A model generated the notes under the pieces. That model was not told the DNA's origin. It did not search any database and saw nothing but the letters and a program-made list of their open reading frames with translations. 64,000 nt of DNA from an uncultured Gammaproteobacteria bacterium. GTDB lineage: Bacteria; Pseudomonadota; Gammaproteobacteria; Ga0077536. This document shows positions 45,072 to 53,339 of this stretch, piece by piece; position 1 is the stretch's first letter; each line of letters begins with the position of its first letter. The position numbers were made by a program, and so were the translations under genes. The DNA is taken from the NCBI GenBank assembly GCA_942490995.1, contig CALOBG010000065.1, positions 7,005 to 71,004 on the forward strand, read 5' to 3'.

Positions 45072-46829
45072 TCAGTCGGCACCGGTTCCGAGCACGGTTG
45101 CGAGAGCCTGTTGGATACTTTCGCGTGCCGCCGCGACTTCCCAGACGGGTTCGCTGTAACGCGACGCAACGTAGCCATCGGGGCGGATCAGCAAAGCGCC
45201 GGCCTCGTGAATTTCACGGATTGCATGCCAGTAGCCGTAAAGGTCCAGGGTCGGTACCTCGCCGACCACCACGACCCGGAGAAAGGGAAAGCCCAGCTCG
45301 GTGGCAGCATCTTTCCACGCCCGGCCCGCAATACCTGTAAGCAGCGTAAACAGCCCCTTCCCAACAACATCGAGCGTCGATACTCGCCGCTGCTCGGGGC
45401 CAACAAGCCAGGCATGCGGTAGCTTGGCGCCAGGTCGGGTCGTCGCGTTCAGGTACACCTGCGGGTCCCGCGGCCAACTCTCCGCACTCGCGTTCCGCTC
45501 AGGAATTACGGCCTGCGACGTGTAGCGTTGGTTCAGTTCAACCCCCTGGGCATTGAACTCCGTGTTCTTGTGCTCCAAGGCGGCATAGAGCCGTTCGCGC
45601 AGGCGCACGCCATCAGGGGTAGGCGCTTTGAGTTTAACCAGCCCGTCGCGCACCGGATCGTCGCTGTCCTTTTCATACCATTCCCGCAGCGGTGCATATT
45701 CCTTGCGCGACAGATTGGCCCGCTCGACGATTTGCTTTCCGACCGGAGCCCGCTCGTTCGAATACGATTCGAGCAACGATGGTCCGGCGTAACCCTTGAC
45801 GACATAAGCGAGTTTCCAGGCCAGATTGAAAGCGTCTTGCATGCAGGTGTTTGAACCGAGGCCACTGCTGGGCGGGTGGCGGTGAACGGCGTCGCCACCG
45901 CAGAACACTCTCCCGCGAGACCACTGCGTCGCATACTGCTGATTGACGTACCAACAGGTCTTAGTAAGGATCTCCGGATCAATATCCGGATCGCCAACCA
46001 GTGTTCGGATCTGGGCGGTCACCATCTCGTCGCTAAGGTCAGGTTCGCCGGCCGCGATGTCGAATCCCCACCCGGCGATCCATTGGTGCCACGGCTTGAT
46101 GGCTCGCAGCAGTCCCATACCGATCTCGCCAAAACCAGCATTGGAGTTCACTATCCAATTGAGAATGCTTGGTCGATGTTCGACGTATCGGCGCAGGTCC
46201 GCATTGAACAACACATAGGCGGTCCCGGCCCGTGCCAGTTCGCCCTCAAACGGGAGGTCAATCTGTTCGGCGATTTTTGACTTCGCGCCGTCCATGCCCA
46301 CGAGATACTGTACGCGTCGCTCGTAGGTCGTTTCGGTATTCCGGTCCAGCAGCGTCACGGTGACGCCGGACTCGTCCTCGACATGGGACACGTACTCGGT
46401 GTTGAAAGTCAGAACCGCGCCACGCTCCGCGGCGTTCTTTACGAGGATCGGCTCCATCAACGTCTGCGGCACGTCGAGCAGCGGGCACGGACTCCCCGTC
46501 AGATAGTCACTGCGCCGCGCGTCGCCTGTACCCCATGTCTGCAGGCGCAGGATCTCCTCGCCCGCGAGGCTCGTGGTGAAGAGCGTGTCGCCCATCTTTT
46601 CCCAGGGCGTAGCGTGTTTTCTGACCTCGGGTTCCAGACCCAGGTCACGCAATACTTCCATGGCTCGCTGATTCGTAATGTGAGCCCGGGGCGAGTTCGC
46701 AAGCCAGTTGAACATCGTCACGCCCTGCACGCTTACGCCATGGGTCGCGAGCGCAAGTGCGGTGGTGGCGCCGGCCGGACCCAACCCGACCACCAGTACG
46801 TCCGAATCGAATTCCCCCGCGTTGGACAT
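45072..46829 (-). CDS. FAD-dependent phenol ortho-monooxygenase (TfdB/OhpB-like)
   Basis: VVGLGPAG, RAHITNQRAME, DGAKS, GDAVHRHPPSSGLGSNTCMQDAFNL, C-terminal IRPDGYV thioredoxin-like domain. Confidence 0.9.
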   Translation of the reverse strand: MSNAGEFDSDVLVVGLGPAGATTALALATHGVSVQGVTMFNWLANSPRAHITNQRAMEVLRDLGLEPEVRKHATPWEKMGDTLFTTSLAGEEILRLQTWGTGDARRSDYLTGSPCPLLDVPQTLMEPILVKNAAERGAVLTFNTEYVSHVEDESGVTVTLLDRNTETTYERRVQYLVGMDGAKSKIAEQIDLPFEGELARAGTAYVLFNADLRRYVEHRPSILNWIVNSNAGFGEIGMGLLRAIKPWHQWIAGWGFDIAAGEPDLSDEMVTAQIRTLVGDPDIDPEILTKTCWYVNQQYATQWSRGRVFCGGDAVHRHPPSSGLGSNTCMQDAFNLAWKLAYVVKGYAGPSLLESYSNERAPVGKQIVERANLSRKEYAPLREWYEKDSDDPVRDGLVKLKAPTPDGVRLRERLYAALEHKNTEFNAQGVELNQRYTSQAVIPERNASAESWPRDPQVYLNATTRPGAKLPHAWLVGPEQRRVSTLDVVGKGLFTLLTGIAGRAWKDAATELGFPFLRVVVVGEVPTLDLYGYWHAIREIHEAGALLIRPDGYVASRYSEPVWEVAAARESIQQALATVLGTGAD

Positions 46830-46883
46830 TTTGACCCTCCCGGCTTGACTGCAGCCATTCCCGGCCGACGATTGACCGTAACT

Positions 46884-46909
46884 CGCAGAATTAAAATGTT
46901 AATTTTGCG
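46884..46909. promoter_or_regulatory. Palindromic operator candidate overlapping the -10 element
   Basis: CGCAGAATTAA-aatg-TTAATTTTGCG, 10 of 11 arm positions complementary. Confidence 0.55.
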
Positions 46910-46924
46910 CTGGACTGATGTCAA
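46896..46924 (-). promoter_or_regulatory. sigma70 promoter of the aromatic operon
   Basis: TTGACA (46924-46919), 17-bp spacer, TAACAT (46901-46896), in an AT-rich tract. Confidence 0.7.
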
Positions 46925-47001
46925 ATAATATTTAACTTTCTGTATTTTATAATTTATTTGGCTCTCATTATCAAAATACTCTTAATTTTGACATTCTACT
47001 T

Positions 47002-47223
47002 ATGGTAGTTGCCCATCGCAGACAGTGCGGCGAGACCCTCAAGGTTAAGTACTTCCGCGAAGTGATCTTGCAGGTAACCAACAAGCCCGCTGATGCGCCG
47101 CTCGTCGTGCGCCGTTACGCTGCGGCGGATCGCTTACTCGCCGGATATCTGGCCAACGACACTTTCGATAATTCCCGTCACGACTTCGTCGATCTCAGCC
47201 CGTTCCGGTCGGCTCGCGAGTGA
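47002..47223 (+). CDS. Short ORF divergent from the monooxygenase; possibly a gene remnant
   Basis: 73-aa ORF with no clear RBS and no recognised family. Confidence 0.25.
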   Translation: MVVAHRRQCGETLKVKYFREVILQVTNKPADAPLVVRRYAAADRLLAGYLANDTFDNSRHDFVDLSPFRSARE

Positions 47224-47280
47224 CGACGCACGGGCCAGAAATGACAATTCGCCGACCTTGGCTGGCAGGAACAGCGAAAC

Positions 47281-47482
47281 GAACCGAAGGAGAGCCTGGA
47301 TCGCCGGATGAAAGGGGAGCTGCTGACATCAAGGGATGTTCTATTTCGTTACCGCGCCGAATCTCCAGACCTCACCGGAGAAGTACGCATGGTTAAACAA
47401 CGTCCAGTCTGTGTAAGAAGCGATCGAGTCCAAGCTTGGCGAGAACTCCTTCGTCAAGTATGAGATCTTTGTAATGCGTTAA
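47281..47482 (+). pseudogene. DUF3237 (UPF0311) C-terminal relic
   Basis: EPKESLDRRMKGELLTSRD, frameshift near 47340, then YFVTAPNLQTSPEKYAWLNNVQSV*EAIESKLGENSFVKYEIFVMR* (internal TAA 47414-47416); the YFxTxP..T...KYAWLN pattern is typical of DUF3237. Confidence 0.6.
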
Positions 47483-47503
47483 GACCGAAAGCGGAGACAC
47501 GCC

Positions 47504-48067
47504 ATGGCCGAATACAAAACCAAAGCACTGGACGAGACCACCTGGAAAGACTTTGCCGGTCTGGTCAAAGCCAACAACGGTGTGTGGGGCGGCTGTTGGT
47601 GCATGTGGTATCACCGCAAGGACGCCGGCGAGTCGCCGGAGGCGAAACGCAAGGCCAAGCAGCGCCTCGTTAAGGAAGGTCGAGCGCATGCCGCACTTGT
47701 TTACGATGGCAAGGACTGCGTTGGCTGGTGTCAGTTCGGCTCACCGCAAGAGCTGCCGTGTATCCACAACGAGCGTGCCTACCTCGCGACTGATCCGAAG
47801 CTGCCGGACTGGCGGATCACCTGCTTTTTTTCTGGCAAAGGCTATCGCGGCAAGGGCGTTGCGTCCGCCGCGTTGCAGGGCGCCGTCGAGCAGATCAAAA
47901 AGCTCGGTGGCGGGCGCATCGAGGGCTATCCGGAAAACACCGAGGGTCGCAAGGCTTCGCCGGCGTTTCTGTTCAACGGCGCGCTGTCCACGTTCGAACG
48001 TCTTGGCTTCAAGCGCTCACGGCCGATCGGAAAACACAAGTGGGTGGTGACCCGAACCGTTCGCTGA
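47504..48067 (+). CDS. GNAT-family acetyltransferase
   Basis: GGCWCMW, VGWCQFG, ITCFF, acetyl-CoA motif YRGKGVA, FERLGF; RBS GGAG. Confidence 0.88.
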   Translation: MAEYKTKALDETTWKDFAGLVKANNGVWGGCWCMWYHRKDAGESPEAKRKAKQRLVKEGRAHAALVYDGKDCVGWCQFGSPQELPCIHNERAYLATDPKLPDWRITCFFSGKGYRGKGVASAALQGAVEQIKKLGGGRIEGYPENTEGRKASPAFLFNGALSTFERLGFKRSRPIGKHKWVVTRTVR

Positions 48068-48089
48068 GCGGGACACAACGATCGCTCAC

Positions 48090-49007
48090 ATGGGACTGCA
48101 TCACCACCATTCCGACCCGCACGGACAGCGCTTGTCGCTCGCTGTGTTCGTCAACATCGTGCTCACCGTCGTTCAGGTCATCGGTGGCATCATGGCCGGC
48201 AGCCTGGCGCTGATTGCTGACGCGCTGCACAACTTCAGCGACGCGTGTTCATTACTGCTGGCCCTGATCGCACGACGCATTGCGCGACGGCCGGCCGACG
48301 AAGTGATGACGTTCGGCTACGGGCGTGCGGAAATCATTGCCGCGTTGATCAACTTTACGACGCTAATCGTGATCGGTCTGTACCTGATCTACGAAGCGAT
48401 CGCGCGGGCCATCGATCCGCAGCCGATCGCGGGTTGGATCGTGGTCATCGTTGCGAGCGTCGCGCTCCTTGTTGACCTGATCACGGCCTGGCTGACTTAT
48501 TCGCTTTCCAGAGAAAGCATGAACGTGCGCGCCGCGTTCCTGCACAACGTGGCGGATGCCCTGGCCTCCGTTGGGGTGATTGTGGCCGGCACGCTCGTGA
48601 TCCTGTTCGACTGGCGCCTGGCGGATCCCATCGTCACGCTGTTCATCGCCGGCTACGTGCTCTATCACGGCATATCGGAAATCGGCAGCGCGATCCGCAT
48701 CCTGATGTCGGGCACCCCGGCGGGTTCCGATGTGGAGGAAACCGTCCGTTACGTTGAATCGGTGGATGGCGTGCTGTCCGTGCACCACGTCCATCTGTGG
48801 GCTATTGATGAACATCGCCATGCGCTCGAGGCGCACATCGTAACCGGCGAGCTCTCAGGGCGCTCGGCGGAGGCGCTGAAAGCCAGGATCAAGGATGTGC
48901 TGCGGCATCGATTTGCAATCGAGCACGCGACCCTGGAACTGGAGTACGTCGACCCAGCCGCCGCGGGCGGCTGCACTTACCCGGGCGACAGGACAATCGA
49001 CGCATGA
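48090..49007 (+). CDS. Cation diffusion facilitator transporter (CzcD/ZitB-like)
   Basis: His-rich N-terminus, ALIADALHNFSD, MTFGYGRAE, AFLHNVAD, HHVHLW. Confidence 0.93.
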   Translation: MGLHHHHSDPHGQRLSLAVFVNIVLTVVQVIGGIMAGSLALIADALHNFSDACSLLLALIARRIARRPADEVMTFGYGRAEIIAALINFTTLIVIGLYLIYEAIARAIDPQPIAGWIVVIVASVALLVDLITAWLTYSLSRESMNVRAAFLHNVADALASVGVIVAGTLVILFDWRLADPIVTLFIAGYVLYHGISEIGSAIRILMSGTPAGSDVEETVRYVESVDGVLSVHHVHLWAIDEHRHALEAHIVTGELSGRSAEALKARIKDVLRHRFAIEHATLELEYVDPAAAGGCTYPGDRTIDA

Positions 49008-49070
49008 GAGCCTCAGGTCCGAGGAAGTCCGGATAGGCATAAGCGAGCCTGCCCTCGAAACGCTCGCTAG

Positions 49071-50740
49071 CCCGCATTTCTCACCGCGTCGGCGATTAAC
49101 GCAGTCGTCTGGTAGCGATGGGGAAGCGAGCCGCGCATCGCTGGCGTGAACCCGGCAGATCACGCGGCTTGCCTATCTGCGGGCGAGCGAACCCACCCGA
49201 CGGTGTCGGTGGTGGGGTTCGATGGCGAAGGCAGCAGTCTGGTTCGTAGGGGGCGGCTTAACGCGCCGCGACGTCCAGGGCATGGCAGGCGGCGATGAAC
49301 TCCCGCTGATGCGGGCAGCCGCTACTCATCGCGAGCTTGACCCTGCGCACGCTGACCGTGACCACCGCGCCGATCTTCAACAGGCGCAGGCGGATGGTCG
49401 TCGCACAAGCACGCGCGAGCGTGGTGCCGGCCAGTCCGATGCGGCGCACGGCGTGCATCAGCACATAAGCCGCCGACGCCCACCACAGGCGCAGCTGGTT
49501 ACCGCGCAGGGTCTCGGTCGAGAGCCGGTCGGCGAACAGGTCGAGCTGGCATTCCTTGATGCGGTTCTCGGCCTCACCGCGCGCGCAATAGAAGTCCTCG
49601 TACAGCGCCCGTGCCGCCCAGCGTCGCTTCGACAACGAGGTCACGATGAAGCGCGGATTCGATTTGTCACCGGTATGCTCAGCCTTGGCCACCACACGGC
49701 GTGACCGGCTCCAGCTCTTGCGCGTCCGATACGCGAGCTCGCGGAAACAGCGCGCCGGGCTCTGCGTGGCTGCCGACGTCTCCGCCACCGTCTGCAGTTC
49801 ACTGCCTATCGCCCGTACCAGACGGGCGTTACGCGCCAGCCCGAACACGTATTCCACGCCATTTTCCTCGCACCAGCCCATCAACGCCTCGCGGCAGAAG
49901 CCCGAGTCCGCTCGCAGCACGATGCGCGTCTTCGGCCACCGCGCACGCACCTGGGCGACGATGCGTTCGACCTCCTCCACCGCCCCCGCCGCACCGTCGA
50001 TGTTCGCCTGTACCGCAGCTTCGCGGCCAACAGATGCTCGCCGCAGTAGATGTACAACGGCAGGTAGCAGTAGTGATCGTAATAGCCGTGAAAGAACCGT
50101 GCTTCCTGATGGCCGTGCAACGCCACGTCGGTCGCATCCAGATCCAGCACGATCTCCGCCGGCGGCTCGCGGTAAGCCTCCAGGAACAGCGCCACGAACA
50201 ACCGTTCGATCGCTGATTCGTCCGGGCGGATCTTGTGATAGCGATGCGCCCCGCTCGCCGGATAGCATTCCAGACGGCTCAGCGTGCTCTTGCCCGCCAG
50301 TGCTGCACAGTCCTCGCGTAACCGCGGCGACAGCTTGCCCAGCAGCGCACCCATCACCGGGTCATGGCGTAGCTCGTCGTGGTCGTTCAGGTCTTCGTAT
50401 CCCAGCGCCAGCGCGAACACCCGTTGACCGACCAGCGTGCGCAACGAGTGCTCGACCAAGTCAGCCTGCCGCTCGTCGATGAAGCAGCGCGACAGCCGGT
50501 CGATCAGACCGACCGCCGCGTCCGCCTTACCCAGCAGTAGCGCGCCGCCATCCGAGCTCACCGTTCCGCCATCGAACGCCGCCACCACGCGGCGGCGTCC
50601 AGCCCATGAAAACGTCAGTTGTTCAGCGGTACACTGTGTCGGCATCGGGAACCTCCTCTGAGGGGTCGTAACTCGTTCACGCAAAACAAGTTTGATCCTC
50701 TCGGAGGCCCGATGCACTAACTACGTGTGAGAAATCCGGG
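49071..50740 (-). mobile_element. IS1380-family insertion sequence, 1670 bp
   Basis: Terminal IRs CCCGCATTTCTCAC (49071-49084) and GTGAGAAATCCGGG (50727-50740), 13/14 match; 4-bp target duplication CTAG at 49067-49070 and 50741-50744. Confidence 0.93.
49258..50645 (-). pseudogene. IS1380 DDE transposase, frameshifted at 50011-50012
   Basis: FDGGTVSSDGG, LDLDATD, RADSGF, RGEAENRIKE; removing 2 nt (TA) restores AAKLRQANIDGAAG. Confidence 0.9.
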
Positions 50741-50774
50741 CTAGCAATGCCCGAAACAACTCGATTGTCAGCGC

Positions 50775-50803
50775 AAAAAAAAACCGCCGGAACGGCGGTT
50801 TTT
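50775..50803. terminator. Bidirectional intrinsic terminator
   Basis: A9-CCGCCG-gaa-CGGCGG-T5. Confidence 0.85.
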
Positions 50804-50866
50804 CTCGACTGCCCGGAGCCGGCTGGCGCCGGCCTCAGGTATCATTCAAATCACAACATCGAACGC

Positions 50867-51154
50867 TCAGGAAGTCTTGGGCTTGCCGATGACAATGTGT
50901 TTCGTACCTTTCATGCCGCGACGATTGTTCATTTCCTTGGCCAGCGATGAGGCATGGCTGTGCACGTGATCCTTGGTGCCGGCACGGAATCCGGTGATCG
51001 GCGCATAGCCACCTTCGATGACGTAGCGGTACCCACTCGGCCCGCCCTGCTCGAGCTTGCACTTTTCAAGCTTGGTGACGTGATAGATCGGTTTGTTGCC
51101 TTCGTTCAGATTTTCCGGGGTACTGGATTCTTTGGTCTTGGGTAGGGCACTCAT
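50867..51154 (-). CDS. Small basic hypothetical protein (95 aa)
   Basis: ATG 51154 with GGAG RBS; ends next to the terminator; YRYVIEG..ITGFRAG..MNNRRG. Confidence 0.7.
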   Translation of the reverse strand: MSALPKTKESSTPENLNEGNKPIYHVTKLEKCKLEQGGPSGYRYVIEGGYAPITGFRAGTKDHVHSHASSLAKEMNNRRGMKGTKHIVIGKPKTS

Positions 51155-51370
51155 GTTTTTCTCCAGGTTTCTGCACGTGATCTGGCCGATCACAAGCGCA
51201 GTCACCGCGCGCATGATTACCGAAAACGGGGCGCGATCATGCAAACGTGGGACGGGCGACTATGCGGCCGTTATATTTTTCAAGGGGACGACGAAATAGG
51301 CGTCTACGACGCGAGCTCAGTCAGGTGAGAATGGGCACTTGTTGTATTTCTATCTACACCCCTGTGAGCT

Positions 51371-51414
51371 GCACCCTAGCACGGAAGCCGACTTTCGACT
51401 AGCCGTCAGGGTGC
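51371..51414 (-). other. Multi-stem hairpin in a long intergenic region
   Basis: Minus strand GCACCCT-g-ACGG-ct-AGTCG-aaagt-CGGCT-t-CCGT-gct-AGGGTGC. Confidence 0.4.
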
Positions 51415-51549
51415 CGCCGGCGGCCGCGGCGGGTCGCCGGCCGGGGCGGCGCGGGGCCAGGCAGGCGGGTGATTTCCGCCGCCGATACAGGCAGTTCCGA
51501 GCCGGCCGGCGGGCGCTCGCGAAGCCGGTGCGGGAGGCTGTCGCTGCGC

Positions 51550-51981
51550 TCAGATACTCGGCAGCAAGGCCTCAAGTTTGCGGCTCGCGGCTTCACAGGC
51601 CGGCACCGCCTCGGGTAGCTGGAGTTTGTGAAAGAAGCCTATCTCGCGGCCTTCGATGCTGGCCGCCACCACGTCGTTCAATGGCTGGCAGGCGTGCGCC
51701 ATAGCTTCCTCCGCACGTACCAGCGGCGAGGCGGAATCAAGTTCCTCGGTGTCGAGCAGACTGGTCGCGAGGATCAAATCGTTGACGACGCGGTTGTGGT
51801 AACGGAACACCTGCTCGACGTAGGCCTTGAAATCGGCGCGGCTGCGGGTCTCGATCGAACCATCGGGATAGCGTACCTGCACCGAGCTGCAGCTCGTGGT
51901 CAGGGCCGCTGCCACGGCGAGGATCAATCCCGCAACGCCGGCGCGATGTCCGCCAGGCCGAGGCCAGGAGCTGCAATTCAT
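51550..51981 (-). CDS. Hypothetical lipoprotein
   Basis: Hydrophobic signal ending LTTSC, helical mature domain with two further Cys; ATG at 51981. Confidence 0.65.
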   Translation of the reverse strand: MNCSSWPRPGGHRAGVAGLILAVAAALTTSCSSVQVRYPDGSIETRSRADFKAYVEQVFRYHNRVVNDLILATSLLDTEELDSASPLVRAEEAMAHACQPLNDVVAASIEGREIGFFHKLQLPEAVPACEAASRKLEALLPSI

Positions 51982-52115
51982 CAGCGGAACGCGGCGTCGG
52001 CGGCAGGAGTTCTTGGCCGGCAATTGATGGCGATTGTCCTCACGCTGGTGCTTGCTGATCACTATAGGAGAGGACCGCGCTGGTGCCCAGCCGAAGCCGC
52101 TCACCGGCGCCGCCC

Positions 52116-53183
52116 TCAGGTGCCGCCACCGCTCATGGCGATCGCCTGCGCCGCCTCGAGTCGCGCCAGCAGGCTGCCGGCGACGGCCAACTGGCCACGT
52201 GCGCGCGCCAGGTTATGCGCACCGGCGCTGTCATAACGCTCGGCATTCCAGCCGAAGTAGCGTTCTTCAAGGGCGTCGGCCAGGAACCGCGCAGCCAGTT
52301 CGAGCTGGATACGCAGGGTTGCGGGAACCAGGCGCGCGCGTTCGCGCAGGTCAAACGCCGACCCGGCCGTGCTGGCGTAGCCGGCGACCGCGGCAGCAAA
52401 CAGGTCGAGATCGAACTGCGCGGTGGCCGCGTCCTCGCCCTCGGTGTTACACCACGAACGCATCGCATCGCCGAGTTCCAGGCACAGCGGCATGCGCGCG
52501 ATGGTGTCGAGATCGATCAGGCACAGGGCCGGCAGGCCGGGCGGCGCGAAAAGGATATTCGACACCTTCGGATCGCCGTGGACGAGAACGTCGGCGCCTG
52601 GCGTAAACGCCGGGAGCGCGGCTACGGCACTATTGAGTTCGGCGCCGAGTTTGCGCGCCGCCCCGCTCAGGCGATGCCCCGAGGCCTCGGCACAGGTGCG
52701 CTCGAGGTGCGCAAGGTGGCGGGGAAAGTCGTGCACCGGCCGCTGCACGCCGATCAGCGGCGCAGAGAAATCCCGCAGCGCGACATGAAATTGCGCAAGG
52801 GTCGCACCCGCGGCCCGCGCCTGTGCCTGCCCCTCGAGTGCGTCAACCGCGCGTCCATCGATGTAGGTCAACACCCGCCACAGGCGGCCGTCGACCGTGA
52901 CCGAACAAGCACCATCCCGTGTGTGCACCAGCCGCGGCGTCAGCAGTCCGTGCCGGGCGAGGTGGTCGGTAACGGCGGCCAGATTATGGTTGACCGCGTC
53001 GTCGAATACCGGGTGCAGGCGTTGCAGTATGTAGCGCTCACCGCCAGCGGTGGTGAGTCTGACGGTCAGGTTGATAAGGCCCTGGGGTATGTGCTCGAGA
53101 TTGTCGACATCGAGCGCGTAGCGGATCAACGCCTCGCGCGCCTGTGCGCGCCAGCGGTTATCGTCGTTCGGGGTCATGTTCAT
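52116..53183 (-). CDS. Aminoglycoside-phosphotransferase-fold kinase (NahK / N-acetylhexosamine 1-kinase-like)
   Basis: GLINLT, YILQRL, catalytic HGDPKVSNILF, IDLDT, LGDAMRSWCN. Confidence 0.8.
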   Translation of the reverse strand: MNMTPNDDNRWRAQAREALIRYALDVDNLEHIPQGLINLTVRLTTAGGERYILQRLHPVFDDAVNHNLAAVTDHLARHGLLTPRLVHTRDGACSVTVDGRLWRVLTYIDGRAVDALEGQAQARAAGATLAQFHVALRDFSAPLIGVQRPVHDFPRHLAHLERTCAEASGHRLSGAARKLGAELNSAVAALPAFTPGADVLVHGDPKVSNILFAPPGLPALCLIDLDTIARMPLCLELGDAMRSWCNTEGEDAATAQFDLDLFAAAVAGYASTAGSAFDLRERARLVPATLRIQLELAARFLADALEERYFGWNAERYDSAGAHNLARARGQLAVAGSLLARLEAAQAIAMSGGGT

Positions 53184-53339
53184 AGGCTTTTTCGCCGAGC
53201 GCCATTATACGCGGCGGCGGTTGCCGACGGCGCGGCTGCGTCGGGCACGCGCCAGCGCGCGCTCAGGCGATCCCGGCGTCGCCGCCCGGCGTGGTGATGT
53301 GGTCGAACAGGGCCGGCGAAAACGCCGCTCGTGGCGGCA

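Noticed and set aside
41099-49070. ISEcp1-style one-ended mobilisation of the CDF/GNAT/aromatic cargo by the IS1380
   Set aside because: The CTAG duplication directly flanks the IS itself, so it inserted alone.
50011-50012. The extra TA in the transposase as an IS630/mariner excision footprint
   Set aside because: There is no TATA duplication at the site; a simple indel or sequencing error explains it equally well.
51177-51193. CGTGA...TCACA as a CRP site
   Set aside because: The half-sites are 9 bp apart instead of 6; kept only as a generic palindrome.
51325-51380. Resemblance to a c-di-GMP-II riboswitch (TGGGCACTTG...GAGCTGCACC)
   Set aside because: The AGTAGTGCAACC segment and upstream GGAA/P1 elements are missing, and no co-oriented gene follows on that strand.
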